Assembly: GCA_039028615.1 (NCBI GenBank)
Contig: JBCCHT010000005.1
Coordinates: forward strand, 192,001-256,000
Origin: Myxococcota bacterium
Lineage (GTDB): Bacteria > Myxococcota_A > Polyangia > Nannocystales > Nannocystaceae
Direction of reading: 5' to 3'
DNA length: 64,000 bases
Shown: piece by piece, positions 19,561-29,207 of the stretch
Layout: the number at the start of each line of letters is the position of its first letter
Position numbering within the stretch: the stretch's first letter is position 1
Notes under the pieces: model-generated
Database searches by the model: none
Seen by the model: the letters and a program-made list of their open reading frames with translations, nothing else
Told to the model about the DNA's origin: nothing
Position numbers and translations under genes: made by a program

Positions 19561-20448
19561 GTGCCCGACGCTTCCCCACCCACCAAGCCGCTGCGCGGCG
19601 GTGCCCAGGCCCTCGAGGTCGCGCGAGAGATCGTGGCAGTGCTCGAAGGCAGCAAGGGCCGAGCCGCCCTCGCCACGGTGATCGGGCGGACCGGATCGGC
19701 ACCACAGATCCTCGGCGCGCGCATGATGCTGCACCAAGACGGCGAGATCGTGGGCACGGTGGGGGGCGGGGCCATCGAAGCCGAGGTCCTGGCGAACTGC
19801 CGGATGACGCTTCGCGACGGTCGCCCGCGCCGGGTGGATGCCCAGCTCGTTCGCGATCTCGGGATGTGCTGCGGCGGCAGCATGGAGGTCTTCGTGGAAG
19901 TACTACAGCCTCAGGTCAGGTTGGTGATCATCGGTGCGGGCCATGTCGCGCAGGCGCTGGCGCCCATCGCCGAGGCGGCGGGCTTCCAGGTCGCGGTCTT
20001 CGACGATCGCGAGGAGCTGCTCGACAACCCGGCGTACTCGCAGGCCACCACCGGGGCCTATGACGTCGACGAACTCGCAGCCGCCCTGCCCACGCTGAGC
20101 CAGGACGACTATGTGGTCATTACCACCCGCGACCACGCCCGCGACGAGAAGGCGCTGGCGTCTCTGCTGCGACGACCGCATCGCTACCTCGGCATGATCG
20201 GCAGTCGTCGCAAGGTGCACGCGGTGCTGGGACGCATCTTGCGGCGGGAGCGACAGCTCGGACGTCCGCAGCCCGACCTCAGCCGGGTGCGGGCGCCGAT
20301 CGGGCTGTCGCTGGGGGGTCGAACCCCGGGCGAGATCGCGGTGAGCGTGGTGGCCGAGCTCATCGCCGAGCGCCACGGCGGCGCCGGGTCGCCCATGAGC
20401 GTCATCGAAGAAGCGGCGCAGCGCGTCGAGGCCGAGCTCGAGCAGTAG
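19561..20448 (+). CDS. XdhC/CoxI-family molybdoenzyme accessory protein
   Basis: GSAPQ..GARM, GTVGGGAIE, GMCCGG, GAGHVAQAL, YLGMIGSRRK, PIGL..TPGEIAVS. Confidence 0.9.
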   Translation: MPDASPPTKPLRGGAQALEVAREIVAVLEGSKGRAALATVIGRTGSAPQILGARMMLHQDGEIVGTVGGGAIEAEVLANCRMTLRDGRPRRVDAQLVRDLGMCCGGSMEVFVEVLQPQVRLVIIGAGHVAQALAPIAEAAGFQVAVFDDREELLDNPAYSQATTGAYDVDELAAALPTLSQDDYVVITTRDHARDEKALASLLRRPHRYLGMIGSRRKVHAVLGRILRRERQLGRPQPDLSRVRAPIGLSLGGRTPGEIAVSVVAELIAERHGGAGSPMSVIEEAAQRVEAELEQ

Positions 20449-20450
20449 CC

Positions 20451-21746
20451 ATGGCAGACCCACGACCGCACAAACGACGGGCGCTGAAGCATCAAGGGGG
20501 CCCGGCCCAGTCGCGCGGCGACGAGCAGGCGGCGCGGGTCTTGGCTCGGGCGCTCCAGTCCGTCGACGACGCGCCTCGTGATCCGCTGACCCATGGTCTG
20601 CACAGCTACCCCGCCCGCATGCACCACGCGATTGCCCGCGAGGTGCTCGAGTCGTGGACCGAGTCCCGGACCCGGCTGCTCGACCCCTTCTGCGGTAGCG
20701 GCACGGTGTTGGTCGAGGCGCGGCGCATGGGGCTGCGCGCGTGCGGGGTCGACCTCAACCCCCTGGGGCCGCGCATCGCCGAGGTCGCGACCGCCTGGCG
20801 AACCCCGGCCGAGCTGCGGCACTTCGAAGACCTCATCGAGCACGTCGTCGAGGCTTCGTTCGCCCGGGTGCAGGGGCGGGTCTCCGTGCGAGCGCCGCTG
20901 TCCGGCCCCGAGCGCGGCTGGTACCAGTCGCACGTCCTGCTCGAGCTGGCGGGGCTGCACGCCGAGATCGGGGCGCTGCCCCCCGGCCTCGATCGTCGCG
21001 CTCTGATGGTGGTCTTCTCGTCGATGGTGGTGAAGTTCTCCCGTCAGCGGGCCGACACCGCGCAGCGCGAGGTTCAAAAGCGCATCGGCAAGAAGGTGGC
21101 TACCGGGTTCTTCGGGCGCAAAGCGGAGGAGCTGGTGCGACGGTGGCGAGACTTCGCCCGCCAGGCGCCCCGCGACGGCGCCAAGCCGCGGCTGGTGACG
21201 GGCAACACCCGCCGGCTCCGCGACGCGGTCACGGGCTGGCAGTTCGATCTCATCCTCACCTCGCCGCCCTACGGGGGAACCTACAACTACGTCGATCACC
21301 ATGCGCGCCGCTATCCGTGGCTCGGCATCTCCCCCAAGGCGCTCCAAGACGGCGAGCTCGGCTCGCGTCGCCGCCTGTCGCAGGGGCGCAAGGCCATCCG
21401 CGAGTGGGAGCGCGAGGTCGTGGTGATGCTCGAGTCGATTGCATCCGTGCTCGCGCCGCGCGGGCGAGCGGTGTTGTTGGTCGGGGACGGCGAGGTCGGC
21501 GGCCGGCGGATCTCGGCCGACCGCCAGCTCCAGGCACTGGCCGGTCGCGCCGGACTGAAGTTCGAGGCATGCGTCTCACAATCTCGGCCGGACTGGCGTG
21601 GCGGCAAAAACCGCATGGAGCACCTCGTTTCTCTCGTGCCTCGCCCCAAGACCAAGGGGGCCAACGACGGATCGTCGTCCCCCGACGCGGCGAGCGAATC
21701 CGACGAGTCCTCGGGTACGCCTGCCCCCGACAGCGACGCCGAGTAG
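20451..21746 (+). CDS. Amino-methyltransferase (N4-C/N6-A type DNA methyltransferase family), no adjacent endonuclease
   Basis: HGLHSYPA, motif I DPFCGSGT, GVDLNP, catalytic TSPPY. Confidence 0.8.
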   Translation: MADPRPHKRRALKHQGGPAQSRGDEQAARVLARALQSVDDAPRDPLTHGLHSYPARMHHAIAREVLESWTESRTRLLDPFCGSGTVLVEARRMGLRACGVDLNPLGPRIAEVATAWRTPAELRHFEDLIEHVVEASFARVQGRVSVRAPLSGPERGWYQSHVLLELAGLHAEIGALPPGLDRRALMVVFSSMVVKFSRQRADTAQREVQKRIGKKVATGFFGRKAEELVRRWRDFARQAPRDGAKPRLVTGNTRRLRDAVTGWQFDLILTSPPYGGTYNYVDHHARRYPWLGISPKALQDGELGSRRRLSQGRKAIREWEREVVVMLESIASVLAPRGRAVLLVGDGEVGGRRISADRQLQALAGRAGLKFEACVSQSRPDWRGGKNRMEHLVSLVPRPKTKGANDGSSSPDAASESDESSGTPAPDSDAE

Positions 21747-21830
21747 GCGACGCCAGCGCCGAGCCATCGTCGTCGGTGTCCCGAGTTATCGCTTGAGTCC
21801 CGACCCCGAGGTCCTTAGTGTGGATCTCGG

Positions 21831-22445
21831 ATGTTGGGGTCGAGCGTAGTTCTTTCGATGGCCATGATGATGGGTCCGCCGACCCCGGCGGCGACTCGTG
21901 ACGGCGCTCGGCCGCTGGACTTCGAGCTCAGCGGCATGGCGGCCATGCCCACGGTGAGCGGCCCGACCTACGGCCCCGACATGGCCGTCGCCTTCGGCCT
22001 CTATCACCTGCACCTGCGCGTGGGCATGGTGGTGCTGGGCGGCCCCGATCGAACGGCGTCGCTGGCCGGCCATCGCATCGGCGAGGTCTTGGACGCCGGC
22101 ACCATGCACCTGTGCGCTGCCCGTGGCCGACCCGGCGTTCGCATTCGCCTGTGCGGCGGCGGCCAGTTCGGCGTCACCCACCTGCGCTACCGCGGCTTCG
22201 AAAACCCGGGCCGTCGCGCCATGCCCTGGGGCGCGGTCACGGCCTTCAGCGATCTATCCATTTCGCTCGGCCGTCACTGGGGCCTCGAGCCGGATCGCCT
22301 CGGCGTGATGATCAACGGCGGCGCCATGCTGCCCGTGCTGGGCCCCGCCGTCGTCATGCGAGCCGACGGATTCGAGACCACGGTGCGACGCCCGAACTCC
22401 TTCGGCGCGACCTTCGGCGCGGGGCTCCGCGTCGGCCTCCGCTGA
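21831..22445 (+). CDS. Hypothetical exported beta-strand-rich protein
   Basis: 204-aa ORF, hydrophobic N-terminus, amphipathic strands, C-terminal GAGLRVGLR. Confidence 0.55.
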   Translation: MLGSSVVLSMAMMMGPPTPAATRDGARPLDFELSGMAAMPTVSGPTYGPDMAVAFGLYHLHLRVGMVVLGGPDRTASLAGHRIGEVLDAGTMHLCAARGRPGVRIRLCGGGQFGVTHLRYRGFENPGRRAMPWGAVTAFSDLSISLGRHWGLEPDRLGVMINGGAMLPVLGPAVVMRADGFETTVRRPNSFGATFGAGLRVGLR

Positions 22446-22630
22446 AGTTTTCGCGTGATGCGATCGGGGCATCCGCGGACGGAGCCCGAGGCGTTCTCCA
22501 GGCGCACGATCCATCCCCCGACGCGTCGGCTATGAATGCCGTCTCGTCGTGCACCGAGGGGTGATCGTCGGAGGAGCGCACCTCGGGATCCGCCACGCGA
22601 ATGCCCGAGAAGGAACTCGTAAAAATGTCG

Positions 22631-23272
22631 TCAGTGCAGGCCGGGGGGCGCCGTGAAGCGGTCGGTGGCGACGGCGATGGGTGCCCCGGACTTGTTCTTG
22701 AGGACGTCGTGCTCGACGGTGAACGCCCCTTGGGCGTGGCGATGACGTCGGGGCTCGACTCGTAGGCCGACCAAGGGCCCGAGCGAGTCGGCCTGAGAAG
22801 GTTTCTCGGTGAGCAGCAGGATGCGGCTCTCGTGCTGGCGGGCGAGCCCCAAAAGCCGCCCCTGCCATGCGGTGCGGGCCCGAGGCTCGGTGGCCCCGAG
22901 GTCGACGACGACCAGCCCGAATGCGCCCGAGCGCAGCAGCAGCTCGGCGGCCTTGCCCAGCCCGGCCGAGCCTTCGGCGGGGGGCACGTGCACCACGACC
23001 AACGCGTCGAGATCGATCCCGCCTTCGTGGAGATCGGGGGGATAGAGCGGAGCGCCCGTGGGCTGAACCCACGCGGTCGTCTCGCCCTCGCGTTGCACCC
23101 GACGCAGCAGCGCAACGGCGGTGCTGGTGCGAGCCGTGGCCCCGCGAGGAGACGCGGACAGCTCGACCAGACGCCCCGGTTCGACGAGCTCGGCCACCTG
23201 CGTGGTGGCCTCGTCCTCGGTCGTGGCCGGGGTCGAGGGGGTCTCGAGCAGTCGGAGTGCCGCGTCAGCCAA
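22631..23272 (-). CDS. imuA: ImuA-like truncated RecA-family protein
   Basis: GRLVELS..ARTSTAV (degenerate P-loop), YPPDL..GIDLDALVVV, AELLLRSGAFGLVVVD, VLKNK; TTG start. Confidence 0.8.
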   Translation of the reverse strand: MADAALRLLETPSTPATTEDEATTQVAELVEPGRLVELSASPRGATARTSTAVALLRRVQREGETTAWVQPTGAPLYPPDLHEGGIDLDALVVVHVPPAEGSAGLGKAAELLLRSGAFGLVVVDLGATEPRARTAWQGRLLGLARQHESRILLLTEKPSQADSLGPLVGLRVEPRRHRHAQGAFTVEHDVLKNKSGAPIAVATDRFTAPPGLH

Positions 23273-23281
23273 GGTCCACCG

Positions 23282-23309
23282 ATGATACTGATCGCCGGTT
23301 CAGTGTCAA
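23282..23309 (-). promoter_or_regulatory. Sigma-70 promoter of imuA with LexA-type SOS box as the spacer
   Basis: Minus strand TTGACA (23309-23304), 16-nt CTGAACCGGCGATCAG (23303-23288), TATCAT (23287-23282); spacer is CTGA-N8-TCAG. Confidence 0.8.
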
Positions 23310-23391
23310 GCCTGAAGCGAGGAAGCAGCCGTGAGGAGCGCGACGGCTCGGGACCGCGCGAAAACCCCTCTAGGGGCGCTTTAGAGCGCTT

Positions 23392-23649
23392 CTAGACGAT
23401 CCCGAGCTGACGCTTGGCCCGGGTCGCATCGTCGATGTCCCGCTCCGCCAGCACCGCGACCAGCACGGCATGCACGGCCGTTTGGTCCAGCCCCCGCAGG
23501 TGGGAGAGCAGGGGGCCCGAGGTGTCTTGCAGTCCCATCGCGGCCAGGCTCGCGACGGTCAGCGGACACTCGATTTGTTTCTTGAACACGGCTCGCAGCA
23601 ACGTACGAAGGTGCTCGGTCGAGACGGTGGTCAGGGCGAGATCCGGCAT
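23392..23649 (-). CDS. Small hypothetical protein (85 aa)
   Basis: ATG 23649 after GAGG; helical, protein-like sequence MPDLALTTVSTEHLRTLLRAVFKKQIECPL. Confidence 0.7.
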   Translation of the reverse strand: MPDLALTTVSTEHLRTLLRAVFKKQIECPLTVASLAAMGLQDTSGPLLSHLRGLDQTAVHAVLVAVLAERDIDDATRAKRQLGIV

Positions 23650-23756
23650 CGGCGCTTCCTCGAGTGCCGAACTCGTAGCACGCCCGTCGACCAATTCGGA
23701 CCCGGACCGGCCAGACGCTTGCGAGGCGTGCGACCGAGCGCTAGAACCCAACCACC

Positions 23757-24881
23757 GTGGAAGGGGTGGCCTCCTTGCTCAAACGCTGTTTGACGGTGGG
23801 CGTCCTCGTCTTGCCGTTGCCGTCGACCGGGTGTGACAAGCCCGAGTCCACGCGCCTCGAGGAAAAACCTCTGCCGCACGTGCGGGTCGAGTCGGTCGTG
23901 GAGGTCAGCCCGCGGCCGAAGTCGCGCCACTTGGTGCTGCTCGAGCCGGCCCGTCGTGCTCGCCTGTCGCCGCGCATGGGCGGGCAGGTGATCGATCTGT
24001 TGGTCGACGAGCAGCAAAAGGTCGAGGTCGGCGAGGTGCTGGTGAAGCTGGCCGCCCAGGACTCCAAGGGCGGCCTCATGACGGCCAAGGCCTCGATCTC
24101 CCGCATCAACGAGCAGCTCCGCGACACCAAGCGTGAGCTGGTCACCGCCCGCGATCTCGTCGCGCGCGGGGTCGAGACCACGCGCGCGGTGGAGCGACTC
24201 GAGACCCAGCAAGCGACCTTCGAGGCTCAGCTGCGCGAGGCCAAGGGCACGCTGGTGCGGGCCAAGGATGCCCTGGGCGCGAGCACGGTCGATGCCCCGT
24301 TCACGGGCACGGTGACGCGCATCGACACCGAGCTCGGCGAGTACATCGGCCCGGGGGCGGTGGCCATGGTGCTGGCGCAGCTCGATCCGCTGGCGGCCGA
24401 GGTTCCGCTGTCGGAGGCCGAGCTTTCGATGCACGACCAAGGCGGCCTCGGTTTTGGCCTGGTCATTCGCGGCCAGAAGACCGAGGCCGAGCTGGAGTGG
24501 ATCGCCAACGAGGCCGACCCCGGCACCTCCACCTTCACGGCCCGCCTGAAGGTCCCCAACGCGGCGGGCACCTTGCGGGCGGGTGAGTCGGCCGAGGTCG
24601 AGGTCTTCGGGCCGCAGCGTGCTCCCGTCATCGCGGTGCCGATGACCGCGGTGCGCTGGGCGGCCAACCAGGCCTATGTGCTTCGCCTGAAGGACAAAGG
24701 CTCCACCGTCGAGCGAGTCGACGTCGCCGTCCTCGACGACAGCGACGCACTGGTGACCGTGTCCGGTCCCATCACCACCAAGGACCGCGTGGTCGCAGCC
24801 GGCCCCTTGAGCCTGGTGTCGGGCGACGAGGTCGAGGTCGTCGAAGCGCCCGAAGAAAAACTCGCGGACGCGTCGGGATAG
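23757..24881 (+). CDS. RND efflux periplasmic adaptor subunit
   Basis: Lipoprotein-like N-terminus; GQVIDLLVDE..VGEVL, coiled coil, DAPFTGTV, LRAGE. Confidence 0.9.
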   Translation: MEGVASLLKRCLTVGVLVLPLPSTGCDKPESTRLEEKPLPHVRVESVVEVSPRPKSRHLVLLEPARRARLSPRMGGQVIDLLVDEQQKVEVGEVLVKLAAQDSKGGLMTAKASISRINEQLRDTKRELVTARDLVARGVETTRAVERLETQQATFEAQLREAKGTLVRAKDALGASTVDAPFTGTVTRIDTELGEYIGPGAVAMVLAQLDPLAAEVPLSEAELSMHDQGGLGFGLVIRGQKTEAELEWIANEADPGTSTFTARLKVPNAAGTLRAGESAEVEVFGPQRAPVIAVPMTAVRWAANQAYVLRLKDKGSTVERVDVAVLDDSDALVTVSGPITTKDRVVAAGPLSLVSGDEVEVVEAPEEKLADASG

Positions 24882-24893
24882 CAGGGGGCCTCG

Positions 24894-27800
24894 ATGTTCA
24901 ATCGCATCATTCGGGTCAGCGTCGCCAATCCGGTCTTCGTCAACCTGCTCTTCTTCCTGGTGCTGATGGCGGGGATTCGCTCGGCATCGTCGTTGCCGCG
25001 CGAGGAATTCCCCGAGATTTCCCTCGACCGCGTGCTGGTGGTCGTGCCCTATCCGGGCGCCACCGCGACCACCGTCGAGGAACTCATCATTCGGCCCATC
25101 GAGGACGAGCTCCAGAGCGTCAACAACGTCAAGGAGTACACCTCGTTTGCGAACGAGGGCCGCGCGTCCATGACGGTGACCTTCAACGAGGGCACCGACC
25201 TGCAGGCGGCGCGATCCGAGGTCGAAAAAGCGGTGTCGTCGGTGCAGAACCTGCCCGAGGACGCGCAGACGCCCATGGTGCGGGAGCTGACCCTCGAGCT
25301 GCCCGTGGTCACCGTGGCCCTGGTCGGCGACATCGGGGCGACGCTGGTCGTCGATCGCATGGCCGACGAGCTACGCGACCTCTCGGGCGTCGCCACCGTG
25401 AACATCAGCGGCGGGGCCGAGCGCAAGATCTTCGTCGACCTCGACGAGAAGAAGCTCCGCACGCTGGGCATTCGCCCCGGTCAGATCCGCCAGGCCATTC
25501 GCTCCGCCGAGGCCAACTTGCCCGCGGGTACCGTGCAGCAGCAGGGGCAGGACATCTTCGTCAAGACGGAGAAGCGCCTGCAGTCGCCCGCCGACGTGGC
25601 GCGCATTCCCATCCAGCCCGGCTCACCGCTGCGGATCGGCGATGTGGCCGAGGTTCGCGAAGAGCCCGACATCGACGACACCCGCTTTTGGGTCGATGGC
25701 GAAGCCGCGGTCAAGCTGACGGTGGGGCGGGAGGAGACGGCCGATCCCATCGAGATCCGCGACGCGGTGCTCGAGGCCCTGCCGGGGCTCAATGCCGAGC
25801 TCCCCGCGGGCATGGAGCTGCGCTTCGCCGAGGACTTCACCTCGACCATTCGCGACCGACTCGACACGGTGTGGGTCAACGCGACCACCGGGGCGGTGCT
25901 GGTGCTGCTGGTGCTGCTGGTGATGTCCGGGTTCCGGCAGGCCATGCTCGCCATCATCGGCATGCCGGTCTCGTACCTGATGGCCACCTTCCTGATGGAT
26001 CAGGCGGGGCTGACCATCAACGTCGTCTCGACCTTCGGCCTGCTCATCGCGACCGGCATCATCGTCGACGACGCGATCGTGGTGATCGAGAACGTCCAGC
26101 GGCACCTCGAGATGGGCAAGTCGCGGGTCAAGGCCACCATCGAGGGCACCCAAGAGGTGCTGCTGCCGGTCACGGTGGCCGTGTTCACCACGATCTTGGC
26201 CTTCGTGCCGTTGACGATGGTCAGCGGCACGATGGGGCGCATCATGAAGATCCTGCCCTTGGTGGTGATCTTCTGCCTCATCGGCTCGATGTTCGAGGCC
26301 ATCTTCATCCTGCCCGGACACACCGCCGACCACGCCAGCGTCGACGCCAAGAACAGCCACACCGCCAAGCTCGTCAAGGTGCTCAAGGCGATGTACCGGC
26401 CCTTCCTGCGCCTGAGCATCCGCTTCCGCTACCTCACCGTGCTGGCCGTGATCCTCGGCTTCTTCGGGGTGGGGGCGCTGGCGACCACGATGCCGATGCA
26501 GATCGGCGCGCCGGGCAAGCCCTTCCAGCTCGGGGTGCACTTCGAGGTCTCTCCCGGCCTGTCGCGCGAGTTCACGATGGCCCAGGGCGAGGCCATCGAT
26601 GCCCTGGTGCGCGAAGAACTGGGCGAGGAGCACGTGCGGGTCACCAGCCTGCGCGTGGGCAGCATCCTCGACGACGACACCGGGGCGCTGTCGTTCGGCG
26701 CCAACATGGGGCAGCTGCGCTGGCAGTTCAACATGAGCCCCGAGCACGCCGCGCGCTACCCGGCCATGGTCCGCGCGCTGCGAAAGTCGTTGCTGACCAA
26801 CCCCGAGCTCGCCCGCAGCGTGGTCAAGGAGGTCCAGGCGGGTCCGCCCACCGGGGCCGCGGTCACGGCCAACCTCCGGGGTCGCGACATCGATCAGCTC
26901 AACGCGGCCATGCAGGACCTCAAGGTCTACCTGTATGGCACCGAGGGCGTCACCGACGTCCGCGACAACTACGGCACGGGCAAGGAGACCTTCCGCGTGC
27001 AGGTCGACCAGGATCGCGCTGCGCTGTACGGGCTGACCGAGCTCGACGTCGCCCAAGCGGTGCGGACCGCCGTCGACGGGCTGGTGGCGGCCGAGGTCTC
27101 CATCGACGAGGAGCCGGTCGAGATCGTCGTCCGCTACGCCGAAGGCCGCAGCCGGGACCGCCGTGGCATTCGCAACCTCGTGATCACCAACGCCAGCGGC
27201 CGGGCGGTGCGACTGGACCAGGTCGCATCCGTCGAGCGCACCCGCGAGGTCGGCTTCATTCGCCGCGAGGACGGCCTGCGCTTGGTCTCCGTGCTCGCGG
27301 ACACCGACCGCGAGGTCCTGCCCCCCGTCGAGGCGGCCGAGAACCTCGAGAAGCACTGGAACGACGAACTCGCCAGCCGCTATCCCGGGATGGACCTCAG
27401 CTTCGGGGGTGAGGCCGACGAACTCGCCGAGAGCCTCGAGGACCTCCCCGGCGCCTTCGGTCTCGCCGTGTTGATGATCTACCTGGTGCTCGCGCTCCAG
27501 TTCCGCTCGTATATCCAGCCGATCATCATCCTCTCCGCCGTGCCCTTCGGGCTCATGGGGGCCGTGCTCGGCCTGTTCACCATGAACTACGACCTGTCGC
27601 TGATGGCCTTGTTCGGCATCGTCGCGCTCGTGGGCATCGTGGTGAACGACTCGTTGGTGATGGTCGACTTCATCAACAAAAAGCGCACCGTCGATGGCAT
27701 GGACACGACCAAGGCCACCGAGGTCGGGGCGCTGGAGCGGCTGCGGCCGATCTTGTCGACCACCCTGACGACCTGCCTCGGGCTACTACCGCTGGCGATC

Positions 27801-28037
27801 GGGCTCGGCGGGCGCGATGACGTGCTCGCCCCCATGGCGGTCTCGATCAGCGCGGGCCTGGGCTTTGCCACCGGGCTGGTGCTGCTGGTGGTGCCGTCGA
27901 TCTACCTGGTCGTCGAGGACATCCGCGCGTTCGGTCGCAAGCTGTTTGGGCGTGCGCCGGAGCCGGTCGTGCCGCCCGCTTCGACCGACGTGACCGTGCC
28001 GGCCGAGCCGAGCGACACCCCCGACGTCGACGCGTGA
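24894..28037 (+). CDS. RND efflux permease (AcrB/AcrD/AcrF family)
   Basis: 1047 aa; LPREEFP, YPGA, GIIVDDAIVVIEN, GIVVNDS, RLRPILSTTLTT. Confidence 0.95.
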   Translation: MFNRIIRVSVANPVFVNLLFFLVLMAGIRSASSLPREEFPEISLDRVLVVVPYPGATATTVEELIIRPIEDELQSVNNVKEYTSFANEGRASMTVTFNEGTDLQAARSEVEKAVSSVQNLPEDAQTPMVRELTLELPVVTVALVGDIGATLVVDRMADELRDLSGVATVNISGGAERKIFVDLDEKKLRTLGIRPGQIRQAIRSAEANLPAGTVQQQGQDIFVKTEKRLQSPADVARIPIQPGSPLRIGDVAEVREEPDIDDTRFWVDGEAAVKLTVGREETADPIEIRDAVLEALPGLNAELPAGMELRFAEDFTSTIRDRLDTVWVNATTGAVLVLLVLLVMSGFRQAMLAIIGMPVSYLMATFLMDQAGLTINVVSTFGLLIATGIIVDDAIVVIENVQRHLEMGKSRVKATIEGTQEVLLPVTVAVFTTILAFVPLTMVSGTMGRIMKILPLVVIFCLIGSMFEAIFILPGHTADHASVDAKNSHTAKLVKVLKAMYRPFLRLSIRFRYLTVLAVILGFFGVGALATTMPMQIGAPGKPFQLGVHFEVSPGLSREFTMAQGEAIDALVREELGEEHVRVTSLRVGSILDDDTGALSFGANMGQLRWQFNMSPEHAARYPAMVRALRKSLLTNPELARSVVKEVQAGPPTGAAVTANLRGRDIDQLNAAMQDLKVYLYGTEGVTDVRDNYGTGKETFRVQVDQDRAALYGLTELDVAQAVRTAVDGLVAAEVSIDEEPVEIVVRYAEGRSRDRRGIRNLVITNASGRAVRLDQVASVERTREVGFIRREDGLRLVSVLADTDREVLPPVEAAENLEKHWNDELASRYPGMDLSFGGEADELAESLEDLPGAFGLAVLMIYLVLALQFRSYIQPIIILSAVPFGLMGAVLGLFTMNYDLSLMALFGIVALVGIVVNDSLVMVDFINKKRTVDGMDTTKATEVGALERLRPILSTTLTTCLGLLPLAIGLGGRDDVLAPMAVSISAGLGFATGLVLLVVPSIYLVVEDIRAFGRKLFGRAPEPVVPPASTDVTVPAEPSDTPDVDA

Positions 28038-28055
28038 GCCCGTCGGGCGAGCCGC

Positions 28056-29033
28056 TCACTCGCAGGTCGCGTTGTTGCCCGCGGAGACGTTGGAGCACTC
28101 GGCGTCCGCCGAGCAGCTGCCCTCGGCCTCGCAGTTGTCGCAGGCCTTCACCGTCGGGTTGAGGCAGTCGGGATCGACCGAGCCGCAGCCGCAGTCGCAG
28201 CCGTCGTGGCCGTGCCAGGCCTCGGCCGGACACGTCCACCCCGGCGGCAGGGTCGGGGGTCGATCGTCTTCCGCCGTGATCGAGACCGGAATCTCGACGA
28301 TGTTGTCGTCGTAGGTCGATTCTTCGAAGACCTGCTCGGGGTTGATCTCGATCTCCAGCACGTAGTTCCCCGGCTCGACATCGGTGACGTCGACCCACTG
28401 GCAATCGAGATAGGCGTCGTAGACGTCGGCCCAGCCGCGCGTGATGCCTTGCGTGCCATCGGGGAGGGGATAGCGAGGGGGCGGAGAGTCGAGGCCCAGC
28501 GCCTCGAAGTCGATGAGGGCGAAGGCCTGCTTGTGGCCGTTGCGAACCACCTTGCCGTTGGTGTCGAGCAGGCGGTAGACGGCGAAGTCCTTGAAGTGGA
28601 AGTGCTCGTGACACTCGCCGTACTCGAAGGCGTCGGGGTTGTCCTCGGGTCGGCCGACCACCAGATCGGCGTCGCCATCGTTGGGCGTGACCGTCTGAAA
28701 GCGCAGGACTCGACGGAGGCCCGGGGCGTCGACGCAGCCCTCGGCGACGGCACACCCATCCGCCTCGTATGCGGCGGTGCCCACCAGCGTGCTGCTGGCG
28801 ATGCGGTCGGCGACCGAGAGCATGTTGATGTTGGGCAGCCCATCGCCGTCGCCGTCGGTCACGTCGGCCGTGGTGTCCGCCGTCGGATCGGCCCGGGTGG
28901 CGTCGCCGCTCGTGCCCGTCGACGGGCCCGTGCTCACGCCCTCCGTCTCGGCGGGTGGTGCCGGATTACCCTCCGAAAGGCACGAAAACGCTCCTATCGA
29001 ACAAAGCAGACTGGTCGCTATCGCGCGGTTCAT
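28056..29033 (-). CDS. Lysyl oxidase-family lipoprotein
   Basis: Lipobox-like AFS-C; Cu motif CHEHFH, GHKQAF, QGITRGWADVYDAYLDCQWVDVTDV; Cys-rich C-terminus. Confidence 0.85.
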   Translation of the reverse strand: MNRAIATSLLCSIGAFSCLSEGNPAPPAETEGVSTGPSTGTSGDATRADPTADTTADVTDGDGDGLPNINMLSVADRIASSTLVGTAAYEADGCAVAEGCVDAPGLRRVLRFQTVTPNDGDADLVVGRPEDNPDAFEYGECHEHFHFKDFAVYRLLDTNGKVVRNGHKQAFALIDFEALGLDSPPPRYPLPDGTQGITRGWADVYDAYLDCQWVDVTDVEPGNYVLEIEINPEQVFEESTYDDNIVEIPVSITAEDDRPPTLPPGWTCPAEAWHGHDGCDCGCGSVDPDCLNPTVKACDNCEAEGSCSADAECSNVSAGNNATCE

Positions 29034-29207
29034 CGTGATCCACCGTCGATCGAAGAAAAAATCAATAATTCCCTTACGTCGCTGCTGGCGCCACTAATTG
29101 TCTGTGGAACATGGGTTTTTGTGGAGAGAACGATGTGATTCTCTCTTGGCGCTTGAAGTGTAATGCAGATTCCAATTGAGTCTGTGTGTGGACTACGTTG
29201 GGACGCC

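Noticed and set aside
22446..22630. Possible imuB remnant downstream of imuA
   Set aside because: No Y-family polymerase-like sequence apparent on the minus strand
23757..28037. RND pump lacking an outer-membrane factor gene
   Set aside because: Common arrangement; a TolC-like channel is often encoded elsewhere
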